A DNA stretch of 35,014 bases from the sequence record DRR723986_9826; one strand, written 5' to 3'. Below are positions 1 through 8,734 of the stretch, in pieces. The first letter of the stretch is position 1. Each line of letters begins with the position of its first letter. The notes under the pieces were generated by a model. That model was not told the DNA's origin. It was given only the letters and a program-made list of their open reading frames with translations, and made no database searches. A program made the translations under genes and the position numbers.

Positions 1-27
1 AGACGCTACACCGTGCCTTGAACCGCT

Positions 28-348
28 CTATTCCTCTGGGGCAAGCTTCACAAGAATGTCGTCACCGTCGACGCGAATCTCGTGAGCCGGTGTCGGTTCC
101 GTCGCAGGCATCGAGCACGCGGCACCGGTTCGTACGTCGAACTGGGCTCCGTGTCGTGGGCACTCGATGCAGTTGCCTACAAGTTCCCCTTCTCCAAGCG
201 GACCGCCGTCGTGCGTGCACATGTCGTCGATACAGTGGTAGCCGTCTTCCAGCCGCACGACGATCACGTAACGCCCGTCAATTTCAACCTCGAGGACTCC
301 CCGCTCAGGGAAGTCTGCCGTCTTACCGACGGCGATAAATTCACTCAT
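28..348 (-). CDS. Rieske-type [2Fe-2S] ferredoxin (SUF-associated)
   Basis: 106 aa with Rieske motifs CTHDGGPL and CPRHGAQFD; directly downstream of sufD. Confidence 0.93.
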   Translation of the reverse strand: MSEFIAVGKTADFPERGVLEVEIDGRYVIVVRLEDGYHCIDDMCTHDGGPLGEGELVGNCIECPRHGAQFDVRTGAACSMPATEPTPAHEIRVDGDDILVKLAPEE

Positions 349-357
349 CGTATTTCC

Positions 358-1674
358 TTATTCGTATTCGCGTACTTGGCGAGCGATAGACTGACCAAGA
401 GCTTCACGAACGCTTTCGATGGTGATGCGATCAAAGATCTGCTGGAAGAATCCAGTTACGATCATGCGGACGGCTTCCTTACGCGTGAAGCCGCGGCTCT
501 GTGCGTAGAAGATGATTTCTTCGTCGACCTTGCCTGAGGTACTGCCGTGGGTGCAACGCACGTCGTCGGCCAAGATTTCGAGGCCTGGGATTGAATCGGC
601 ACGTGCATGAGCACTCAGAAGCAGATTGTCGTTACGCTGGTATCCGTCGGTCTTTTGAGCCCCAGGGTCGACGCCAATCATGCCACGCCAGACAGTTCGC
701 GACTTGTCCTGAAGCGCGGACTTGTAAAGGAAGTCGCTTCGGCAATGCGGAGCCTGGTGGTGCTGCAACGTGTTGTAAGTCAGTTGCTGCTTGTCTTGCG
801 TAAACATGACGCCGTTGACTTGGCTGTAAGCCCCAACGCCGACCAGCGAAACCTGTTGGCTGACCTGCGAGAATCGACTGCCCAGGGCGGCAATGGTCCA
901 CTGCAAGTTAGCATCTCGTCCGACGGTTGCTCGTTGGTGAGCAAAGTGCCAAGTCTTGCGTCCCCAGTCTTGGAGATTGACATACCGCAGGTTCCCGCCC
1001 GCTTTGACGATGATTTCCACACCGCCAGCGTGCAGCCCACCAGCTTCCGCGTCGACACTGTTTGCTTCGTACAGGAAGGTCGCGTCGGCGCCTTCTTCGA
1101 CAACGATCAGCGTGTGGCCGGTGTCGGTACCGCCATCGGACATTCCCGCTGCAACACGAATCGGCTGTTCGACGGTAACGCCCTTGGGCACATACAAGAA
1201 CTGACCGCCTTGCCATGTGGCGGCGTGCAGCATCGCAAAACGATCTTGCGCCGGGTCGACGACTGAAAACAAATACTTCTCCACCAACTCTGGGTGCTCG
1301 GCAGAGATTCGGGACAGATCGCCGAAGATAACGCCCTTCGCAGCAACATCTGCGTCAAGGAATTCTTCGGTGACTTTCCCGTCGTATGTCTTCAGAACCC
1401 CTGCTGGCTCTACACCTTCCGCGAGCCATTCCGGTACATCGTGCTGATCACCAGTAGGTGTAAGTGCGTAGCGATCGAGCTTGAAGCCTCGAAGATCGCT
1501 TCGCATCCAGTCCTCTTCACTACGAGTTGGCCAGTCGGCAGACTCGAACTCGGACCAGGCCGACTTCCGCCGATCGACGAGCCATTGTGGCTCGCTGTTT
1601 GAGGCCACGAAGGCTTCAAAGCCTTCTTTCGTAAACGGCAGTTGCTCGACCGCCTTCTCTGTTGTTGCTGTCAT
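358..1674 (-). CDS. sufD: Fe-S cluster assembly protein SufD
   Basis: SufBD-family C-terminus (PGLEILADDVRCTHGSTSGKVDEEIIFYAQSRG) and EDWMRSDL N-terminal motif; follows sufB. Confidence 0.95.
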   Translation of the reverse strand: MTATTEKAVEQLPFTKEGFEAFVASNSEPQWLVDRRKSAWSEFESADWPTRSEEDWMRSDLRGFKLDRYALTPTGDQHDVPEWLAEGVEPAGVLKTYDGKVTEEFLDADVAAKGVIFGDLSRISAEHPELVEKYLFSVVDPAQDRFAMLHAATWQGGQFLYVPKGVTVEQPIRVAAGMSDGGTDTGHTLIVVEEGADATFLYEANSVDAEAGGLHAGGVEIIVKAGGNLRYVNLQDWGRKTWHFAHQRATVGRDANLQWTIAALGSRFSQVSQQVSLVGVGAYSQVNGVMFTQDKQQLTYNTLQHHQAPHCRSDFLYKSALQDKSRTVWRGMIGVDPGAQKTDGYQRNDNLLLSAHARADSIPGLEILADDVRCTHGSTSGKVDEEIIFYAQSRGFTRKEAVRMIVTGFFQQIFDRITIESVREALGQSIARQVREYE

Positions 1675-1758
1675 CAGAACGTATCTCTGCTGAATTCTAA
1701 TTGTGTTTTTGGGGAAAGTCGGAGCTGTGTGGGGACGCGTTGTTGGCTTTCGCCGGGG

Positions 1759-3171
1759 CTAGCCCACAGAGCCTTCCATTTGCAGTTGGATGAGCCGGTT
1801 CATTTCAACGGCGTACTCCATTGGCAGTTCTTTGACGAGTGGTTCGATGAAACCATTGACGATCATCGTGCTCGCCTCGGCTTCCGACAGGCCGCGACTC
1901 ATCAAGTAGAACAACTGCTCTTCACCGATTCGTGAAACGCTGGCTTCGTGACCAATGCTAACATCTTGGTCCATGATTTCGATGTAAGGATATGTGTCGC
2001 TGCGACTCTCCTTGTCCAAAATCAATGCGTCACACACAACATTGCACTTGGAGTTCTTTGCACCCTTTTCTACCTTGACCAGCCCGCGATAGCTTCCTCG
2101 ACCACCATTCTTGCTGATCGATTTACTGATGATCTGCCCAGTTGTGTTGGGAGCTGCGTGAACTAGTTTTGCTCCTGCGTCCTGGTGCTGGCCAGCGCTT
2201 GAGAATGCGATTGAAAGAATCTCACCTCTTGCTCCAGGCTCCATCATGTAGACCGCTGGGTACTTCATGGTGAGCTTGCTGCCCAGGTTACCATCAACCC
2301 ACTCCATGGTCGCATCTTGGTACGCCATCGCGCGCTTGGTGACCAAATTGTAGATGTTGTTCGCCCAGTTCTGAATCGTCGTGTATCGGCAACGACTTTC
2401 CTTCTTGCAGACAACTTCCACAACAGCCGAGTGAAGGCTTTCACTGCTGTACATCGGAGCCGTGCAGCCTTCGACGTAGTGTACCGAGGCTCCTTCGTCA
2501 ACGATGATCAGTGTGCGTTCAAACTGGCCCATGTTTTCCGCGTTGATGCGGAAATAAGCTTGGAGCGGGAAGTCGATCTTTACGCCTGGCGGGACGTAGA
2601 TGAACGAGCCCCCCGACCATACTGCCGAGTTCAATGCCGCAAATTTGTTGTCCGTGGATGGAATGATCTTGCCGAAGTGCTCACGAACCAAGTCCGGGTA
2701 CTCGCGGACAGCAGTATCGGTGTCAGTGAAGATAACACCCTGCTCCGCTAGATCTTCCTTGAGCGAACCGTAGACTACCTCGCTCTCGAACTGTGCTTTG
2801 ACGCCAGCCAGGAACTTTCGCTCCGCTTCAGGAATGCCAAGCTTGTCAAACGTGTCCTTGATTTCCTTTGGAACGTCGTCCCAGGTCTTGCCCTGTTCAG
2901 CGGCAGGTTTCAGATAGTAGTAGATGTCTTGGAAGTCGAGACTGATGTCGCCTCCCCACTTAGGCATTGGCTTGGAGTTAAAGATCTCCAAGGCTTCCAG
3001 ACGGAATTGTCGCATCCAATCCGGTTCGCCCTTCATTTCCGAAATCTGTCCAACGATTTCAGCATCCAATCCCTTGCGTGCCTTAAAGACGGCTTTGGAT
3101 TCGGTACGAAAATCGTACTTGTTGATTTCGCCAATTTCTTCTTTTTGATCGACTGCCAAATCCGTACTCAT
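1759..3171 (-). CDS. sufB: Fe-S cluster assembly protein SufB
   Basis: Conserved [51 protein letters not shown] and ELPMEYAVE motifs. Confidence 0.97.
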   Translation of the reverse strand: MSTDLAVDQKEEIGEINKYDFRTESKAVFKARKGLDAEIVGQISEMKGEPDWMRQFRLEALEIFNSKPMPKWGGDISLDFQDIYYYLKPAAEQGKTWDDVPKEIKDTFDKLGIPEAERKFLAGVKAQFESEVVYGSLKEDLAEQGVIFTDTDTAVREYPDLVREHFGKIIPSTDNKFAALNSAVWSGGSFIYVPPGVKIDFPLQAYFRINAENMGQFERTLIIVDEGASVHYVEGCTAPMYSSESLHSAVVEVVCKKESRCRYTTIQNWANNIYNLVTKRAMAYQDATMEWVDGNLGSKLTMKYPAVYMMEPGARGEILSIAFSSAGQHQDAGAKLVHAAPNTTGQIISKSISKNGGRGSYRGLVKVEKGAKNSKCNVVCDALILDKESRSDTYPYIEIMDQDVSIGHEASVSRIGEEQLFYLMSRGLSEAEASTMIVNGFIEPLVKELPMEYAVEMNRLIQLQMEGSVG

Positions 3172-3268
3172 ATTTAATTCTCGTCAGTTGTTCTGGAGAT
3201 TTATTTGAAAGAAACGGTGCCGCACAGCATCGCTGATTAGCACGGGTTCAATAGATTGATCGAAGAGC

Positions 3269-4093
3269 CTAGACGGCAACTTCCGCAGTTTCGTCGCTTA
3301 GCATTTCTTGATTGGCGCGTTCGGCGTCAGGGTAAGATGCACGAATTCGCTCGTAGCCCTTGCTGTGCAGTTCTTGAGCGAGTTCGACGCCGCCGGTCTC
3401 AACGATCCGACCGCCCAGCATGACGTGGGTGAATTCCGGAGGATTGTGCTCAAGCAGTTTGTCGTGGTGAGTGATGATGAGCAGTCCCATTTTCTCTCGA
3501 CCGATCTCAGCGATACTCTCACTGGCAAGTCGGACTGCGTCGGCGTCCAGACCACTGTCCGTTTCGTCCAAGATGGCGAATTTTGGCTGGAGCATTGCAA
3601 GCTGCAAAATTTCAGCTCGCTTCATTTCTCCTCCTGAGAAACCATCGTTGACGTACCGTCGAGCGAACTCGGGATCCATCTTCAATTGCGTCATCTTGTC
3701 CTTGAGTTCCTTGCGGAATTCACGCATCGCGATGAGCTCTTCGCCTTCCTTACGGTCCGGTCGACGGACATTCGTTGTCGCATGGCGGAGGAAGTCAGCC
3801 ATCTTCACACCAGGGACGCTCATCGGGCGTTGGAATGCCATGAAGATTCCAGCTCGGGCTCTTCCGTCAGCTTCCATCTCAAGGACGTCTTCACCGTCGA
3901 GCGTGATCGTGCCGTCGGTCACTTCATAACCAGGGTGCCCAGCGATCACCAAGCCAAGTGTGCTCTTGCCCGAGCCATTGGGGCCCATCAGGGCGTGAGT
4001 CTGACCGTGGTGCATCTCCAAGTTAACGCCACGCAGAATTGGTTTGTCGCCGACGTTGACGTGTAGGTTTTCAATTTTTAGGACGTGGCTCAT
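3269..4093 (-). CDS. sufC: Fe-S cluster assembly ATPase SufC
   Basis: Walker A GPNGSGKST, signature GFSGGEMKRAEILQ, Walker B ILDETDSGLD, ITH switch. Confidence 0.97.
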   Translation of the reverse strand: MSHVLKIENLHVNVGDKPILRGVNLEMHHGQTHALMGPNGSGKSTLGLVIAGHPGYEVTDGTITLDGEDVLEMEADGRARAGIFMAFQRPMSVPGVKMADFLRHATTNVRRPDRKEGEELIAMREFRKELKDKMTQLKMDPEFARRYVNDGFSGGEMKRAEILQLAMLQPKFAILDETDSGLDADAVRLASESIAEIGREKMGLLIITHHDKLLEHNPPEFTHVMLGGRIVETGGVELAQELHSKGYERIRASYPDAERANQEMLSDETAEVAV

Positions 4094-4179
4094 ATCGATG
4101 CTTTCCGTGTTGGGGGTGATTGTGTTGTTCGTCCGCCGCCCCTAATTTCTCAAGGCAGCAAGGTTGTTCGGTGAATGAG

Positions 4180-4875
4180 TTATTCGTTCGACTGCACCGC
4201 CGAGTTGTCAGTCTGTTGATCTGTGTTGTTCGAGCTGTCGCCCTGGACCTTGAAATTGCACTGGTCGTGGCCATCCAACTGACAGCACTCCAGCTTCATC
4301 TCTTTGCCCAAAACTTCGCTGAACATTTCCTGTTCAAGTTCGCACAGGTGGCGTTTCGAATCGTCGGTCGTGAGTTCTGGATAAGGGCAGGCCAGAACCT
4401 CGAGTACCGGCAACTCGTCAATTTGTTTCACCGCCACAGGTACTTTTCGTTTTTCCAACGCCGAGGCAATCGCCTCCACGCGTGTTTCTGGATCGACATC
4501 ATCAGGAATGGCAGCTTTCAAATCCGATGCCATCCGGCGAGCGACTCGTCGAAGAATCCTTGTCCGTTGAAGGGCATTGGGCAGTTCCATGATCTCCTGC
4601 CATAGGGCAGTCGCGAGATCGCTGTAACTTGCCGACGCGTATCGCATCCCAACCGCCGTGAGAACGTAGCGATACGAGGGCCGACCTCTTCCGACGCTTT
4701 CCTTTCGTCGTTCGATCAATCCCGCTTCAGTCAGACGCTCCAGCCGCTGCCTGACTGCAGTCGCTGTAACTTCGAGGTTGTCGATCAGTTCCTGGACGGT
4801 CAGACCGCTCTTGCGGCGCAAGAGATCAAGAACGCATTGATCGACCGGTCGAATATGTTCCGATGTAAGGCTCAA
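4180..4875 (-). CDS. SufR-like HTH transcriptional regulator
   Basis: N-terminal HTH (LEVTATAVRQRLERL...GRGRPSYRYVLT) and C-terminal Cys pattern CPY...LCELE...CC...C; start moved to the TTG at 4875, which has an AGGAGA RBS; first gene of the suf operon. Confidence 0.85.
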   Translation of the reverse strand: MSLTSEHIRPVDQCVLDLLRRKSGLTVQELIDNLEVTATAVRQRLERLTEAGLIERRKESVGRGRPSYRYVLTAVGMRYASASYSDLATALWQEIMELPNALQRTRILRRVARRMASDLKAAIPDDVDPETRVEAIASALEKRKVPVAVKQIDELPVLEVLACPYPELTTDDSKRHLCELEQEMFSEVLGKEMKLECCQLDGHDQCNFKVQGDSSNNTDQQTDNSAVQSNE

Positions 4876-4998
4876 AACGATCTCCTGCCAGTTCCTGCAG
4901 CAAAGCACCGCTGGGCACGTTTGCTGACGCGGGAGCAGTGTGGAAGTTGTCAGAACTTCCTCGACTCCGACACTGTTGTACTGTAGAGGGAGGCTTAA

Positions 4999-5022
4999 TT
5001 TTGACAAGTGCAGTTGTCAAAA
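4999..5022. promoter_or_regulatory. Perfect inverted repeat TTTTGACAA-N6-TTGTCAAAA, candidate SufR operator overlapping the suf promoter
   Basis: 9-bp arms; overlaps a minus-strand TTGTCA-N16-TACAGT sigma70-like promoter upstream of the regulator. Confidence 0.7.
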
Positions 5023-5273
5023 ATACCGGAAGACCGACACCCCTAAGTGGTCTGAGCCCCTAAGTTGTTTTGAGCAGGAGGTTTACGGCAAGAAATAGGT
5101 GCGTTTCTGCGACTTGGCTATCCGCACATTGGTCCGCAAATCGGCACAGGACTTCGCAAATTCGCTACTGGAACGGAGAACGCAAGATTCGGATTTCACT
5201 GTCCTTTGACTATACTGGACCGTCTAATCGCTTTCGAATCCGATCTGAATCGTTGATGTCTCTGGAGGAGACC

Positions 5274-6806
5274 ATGCGCGCACTCTCTCTGTCTTTGCTC
5301 GCCGCGACAATCGCAGTTCTTCAATGGGCTCCCGCAAACGGCCAGTTCACCGAGGCCGAAGCCAAAGCGCTGGGGCTGGAGGTGGCTTGGCGAAGTGGCG
5401 TCAAAATCCCTGCATTCGGAAAAGGTGTCGCCTCAGCTCAGCTTTGGGTGTCGCAGGACTCCCCCACGCAGTACGCGGTCGTTGAGCTTCCGAATCACAC
5501 GTTTCGAGTGTCAGCGAACCGTTTGGACAAGGATGGAAATCCAATTGGCATCGACGCCGCTGTTGAGCAAGCGAAGACGCTGGCCGCTCAATATTTGGGC
5601 AAGCCTGACGGTATTACCGTGCAAAAAATCAACGTGCCAGACATTTTCTTGGTCGTAGTCGAAGAGAACGGGTTGGTCCAAACGTTTGACGCCGAGACAG
5701 GCAAGCTCCTGTGGGCCTCTCCATGTGGCAGCGTATCAGCACCAGCTTTCCCTGCAGCACTTTCTCCCGAAGGCATCGCTGTTATCCATGGCACAAACTT
5801 CTATGTGCTCGATTGGGCGACAGGCAAGCAGTTGAAAGCCATGCCAACCCGCTCGAAGACCTCCAACGCAGTCGCGATTTCAAACGGAGTGGCCTTCGTG
5901 CCTGACTTTAACGGGCGAATCGCCACTTACGGGCTGACCCAAACCGAGCGACCTTGGCAATACGTCATTCAGGGACGATCCGTTGGGCTGCCGGTCAGCT
6001 CTGCAGACCAGCAGTTCTGTGCAATCGCTTCCGAAGAGGGCTATGTCTATATATTCAACTACAACAAACAGCCGAGTGTTTGGATTCGCTACGAAGCAGA
6101 CTCGTCGATTTCTGGAGCTTTGGCCGCAGCAAACAATGGTTTCTATGTTGGAACCAGTAGCGGTTCGGTGGCCAAATTTTCAGTCGAAACCCGGCTTGGG
6201 AGGGTCGAGTGGGAGCATCGAACGGGCTCACCCATCACGGCCGTGCCATTGGTGATTGAAAATCGAGTGTTTGTGGCGACTGAGGCCGGAGGGCTGATGA
6301 GCCTGATTGATGATGATTCAGGCCGCACAGAATGGATTGACCGAACAACGCACGTTCACTCGGTCCTCGGTGCGACTGAGGATAAGTTGTTCTGTAGGAA
6401 ACAGTCTGGCGCTATTGCTGCATTTGACCTCGCCACCGGTCGTCTACTTGGCGAGACGGGAGCGAAGACACACGCCATCTCCATCGTCAATCAGACAAGT
6501 AATCGGATTTACCACCTGAACACAGACGGTTACCTAACATGCCTACGACCGATCGCGAGCGAGTTACCGACTCTGGTTACTCCGTTTGTACCGGTTGAGA
6601 AGCCAGAAGAAGAGTCAGCCGGTCAACCAGTTATGCAGGACAACAGTGGGGACGCTGGCAACATCTTCGGGGCCGGCGTTGGAGGTGGCAATGAGGCTGA
6701 CATCTTCGGTGGGGCTGACCCCTTTGGCGGAGGAGCAGGTGGGAACGCGGGTGACGGCGGAGCTTCCCCGTTCGGCGATGATCCTTTTGACGGCGGCGGA
6801 TTCTAA
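5274..6806 (+). CDS. Secreted PQQ-repeat beta-propeller protein (BamB-like) with Gly/Asp-rich DPF tail
   Basis: GGAGGAG RBS before ATG 5274; signal-peptide-like N-terminus; repeats FDAETGKLLW, LDWATGK, FDLATGRLL; TATACT -10 at 5211-5216. Confidence 0.8.
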   Translation: MRALSLSLLAATIAVLQWAPANGQFTEAEAKALGLEVAWRSGVKIPAFGKGVASAQLWVSQDSPTQYAVVELPNHTFRVSANRLDKDGNPIGIDAAVEQAKTLAAQYLGKPDGITVQKINVPDIFLVVVEENGLVQTFDAETGKLLWASPCGSVSAPAFPAALSPEGIAVIHGTNFYVLDWATGKQLKAMPTRSKTSNAVAISNGVAFVPDFNGRIATYGLTQTERPWQYVIQGRSVGLPVSSADQQFCAIASEEGYVYIFNYNKQPSVWIRYEADSSISGALAAANNGFYVGTSSGSVAKFSVETRLGRVEWEHRTGSPITAVPLVIENRVFVATEAGGLMSLIDDDSGRTEWIDRTTHVHSVLGATEDKLFCRKQSGAIAAFDLATGRLLGETGAKTHAISIVNQTSNRIYHLNTDGYLTCLRPIASELPTLVTPFVPVEKPEEESAGQPVMQDNSGDAGNIFGAGVGGGNEADIFGGADPFGGGAGGNAGDGGASPFGDDPFDGGGF

Positions 6807-6974
6807 GTGGCTGCCCGTGATGAAGCTTGCTGTTTCAGAGGCTTTATTGCGAAATCGCGTTTCGAAACATCGAAACGCGCTCTAAAATTCTTGCATTGAC
6901 TCCAGGCGTCTTCGCTTCGGCGACCGTTTGACGCTGGAACCCTTCAAAGTCACTCTTTAGTGAGCTGTTGGACG

Positions 6975-7655
6975 ATGCGAGCAGAATTTCAATCCGGTTA
7001 TCTCTGGCGTTACGCGGGGCTCGCCGCCGTCAGCCTCGGGCTTGCCGCGTGGTTTGCCTACGACGGCTTTATTGGATACCCAAAAGAGCTAGAGAAGGCG
7101 GTCGCTTTTGAGTCCCTAGAAGACCTCTCGGCGATGCAGTTGGAAGAGGAATGGGCTGAAATGACCGCCGAGCGAGGTTGGTCGGTCAAGCAACCCAAAC
7201 CTTCTGAAGAGATCCGTTCTGACATCAACGGACAGTACTTTTGGTGCCTTATTGGGCTGGCTGTCGGAGTCCCATCTCTGGTGCTTCTGCTGCGTTCTCG
7301 AGGAACTTGGGTCGAATCGACCGAAAGCGGAATTAGGACCAGTTGGGGGCAAGAGTTTAGCTACTCTGACGTTGAATCGCTGAACAAGCGGCGGTGGGAG
7401 AAAAAGGGGATCGCACGAGCTACCTACAAGAACGACGGTGGCACTGGCGTCTTCACTTTTGACGACTTCAAGTACGAACGGGAGCCACTAGGGCAGATGC
7501 TTCGTGACTTGGAGGCGGTTCTTAGCCCTGAGCAGATAAGTGGTGGGCCCACGGAAGCTGAAAACGACGCACTGAAAGCCACAGCAGCCGCGAAAGAGGC
7601 TTCAGAAGCTGAGTCAGCAAACTCTTCCGGCGATCAGGCTGACGCCGAAAAGTAA
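6975..7655 (+). CDS. Hypothetical membrane protein (2 TM helices plus a soluble, possibly PH-like domain)
   Basis: Hydrophobic segments YAGLAAVSLGLAAWFAY and YFWCLIGLAVGVPSLVLLL; start is ATG 6975 or GTG 6960. Confidence 0.7.
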   Translation: MRAEFQSGYLWRYAGLAAVSLGLAAWFAYDGFIGYPKELEKAVAFESLEDLSAMQLEEEWAEMTAERGWSVKQPKPSEEIRSDINGQYFWCLIGLAVGVPSLVLLLRSRGTWVESTESGIRTSWGQEFSYSDVESLNKRRWEKKGIARATYKNDGGTGVFTFDDFKYEREPLGQMLRDLEAVLSPEQISGGPTEAENDALKATAAAKEASEAESANSSGDQADAEK

Positions 7656-7685
7656 CATTCGCTTTGGCTGGCGCAATCAACACAC

Positions 7686-7720
7686 AAAAAAAGGCAGAGG
7701 TCAAAACCTCTGCCTTTCTT
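7686..7720. terminator. Bidirectional rho-independent terminator
   Basis: AAAAAAAGGCAGAGGT-CAAA-ACCTCTGCCTTTCTT, between convergent genes. Confidence 0.85.
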
Positions 7721-7742
7721 AGTCTAATCGAGCTGCTTTGCT

Positions 7743-8342
7743 CTACTTGCGTCGGCGTCGGACCATGCCCGCAACGCCAACGAGTGCTAGTGCAGAGAAT
7801 GCACTTGGCTCTGGTACAGCTTGTACAACACCCGTGTAGATATTAGTAGTGCCGGTGCTCGTATCGGTGTAAACGATAGAACCTGGCGTGCTCAAGAATG
7901 CATCGCCATTGAGCAGTTCTGCAAGGTTCGCTTCTGAGTACATGCTACCGCCGGAGATCAAGTCGCCGCTGAAAGAGACGCTGATTACGCCATTGGCCGC
8001 ACCACCTGCTGTTGTGCCGACGTTCAATGTGAATCCAACTGCGTCGGATGCACCGCTGTCAGTCCAGGAAGACATTCCACCCAAGACATAAAGGGGACCG
8101 CCGGAGGAGAGCAGGAGCTCACCAGTTCCAACGTCACCGCTGGTCGATACCAAGAAAGAAGTGAAGTTTGCACCGCCAACAATGTCGCCGAATCCGACTG
8201 CTGGAGAAGCCGCACCAAGGAATCCGGTGCCGCCGCCGATTGGGTTCTGATTGAATACACCCGTGAAGCCGACGGTTGCGGCGCTGGCGGATGTAGCCAA
8301 GCATGCGAGCAAAGCAATGCTTAGCGAGAGAGTTCTGAGCAT
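7743..8342 (-). CDS. PEP-CTERM sorting-domain protein
   Basis: Signal peptide, Gly/Ser/Thr-rich body, C-terminal VPEPS followed by a TM segment and RRRRK. Confidence 0.92.
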   Translation of the reverse strand: MLRTLSLSIALLACLATSASAATVGFTGVFNQNPIGGGTGFLGAASPAVGFGDIVGGANFTSFLVSTSGDVGTGELLLSSGGPLYVLGGMSSWTDSGASDAVGFTLNVGTTAGGAANGVISVSFSGDLISGGSMYSEANLAELLNGDAFLSTPGSIVYTDTSTGTTNIYTGVVQAVPEPSAFSALALVGVAGMVRRRRK

Positions 8343-8734
8343 GTTAGTCTCCGATTAAAAAGGTAGCTCTGGATGAATGAAGAGAGAGGAGGCGTAAGTT
8401 TCTCAGTATGAACGGGTTGTGAAGTTTAGGCAAACGTTAACTGCCGTACGTATCTAAGAAAGCACGAAACACTGCCCTTAGCCTAGAGATTGGGGACACG
8501 CTACATCGATGCCGCAGGACAATTACAGATCGAGTGGCATCGCGGTGTTGTCTTAAGTCGTTGCAAGGAATAGGTTTGCAGCGATGGTGCGAGCGGCTAA
8601 GAGCGTTTCTGAGAGGCCAACGTTTGTGCTAACCGATTCTTGTGGTTTGCCACATCGCACCAAAAGAGGGGAGGGTTTGCCGCAGCACCAAGCTGCGCTC
8701 ATCCACACGTCGGTGGTGAGTCCAGCGTGGTGAC

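Noticed and set aside
5040..5065. CCCCTAAGT direct repeat
   Set aside because: Only two short copies, one of which overlaps the bipartite motif already reported
4876..5273. Long N-terminal extensions in the ORF track (regulator to 5007, PQQ protein from 5070; likewise peroxiredoxin to 18689, DUF11 from 15031, EfpL from 26438)
   Set aside because: Downstream starts have a better RBS and/or match family N-termini; some extensions overlap promoter elements
8429..8446. Sigma54-like GGCA...TTGC upstream of the PEP-CTERM gene
   Set aside because: Spacing is GG-N12-GC rather than N10
8668..8675. GGGGAGGG matching the E. coli KOPS consensus
   Set aside because: A single short match is expected by chance, and KOPS is lineage-specific
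8570..8690. Minus-strand GGCAAACC motifs suggesting a c-di-GMP-I riboswitch
   Set aside because: No GNRA-capped P2 stem, tetraloop receptor or recognisable P1 pairing
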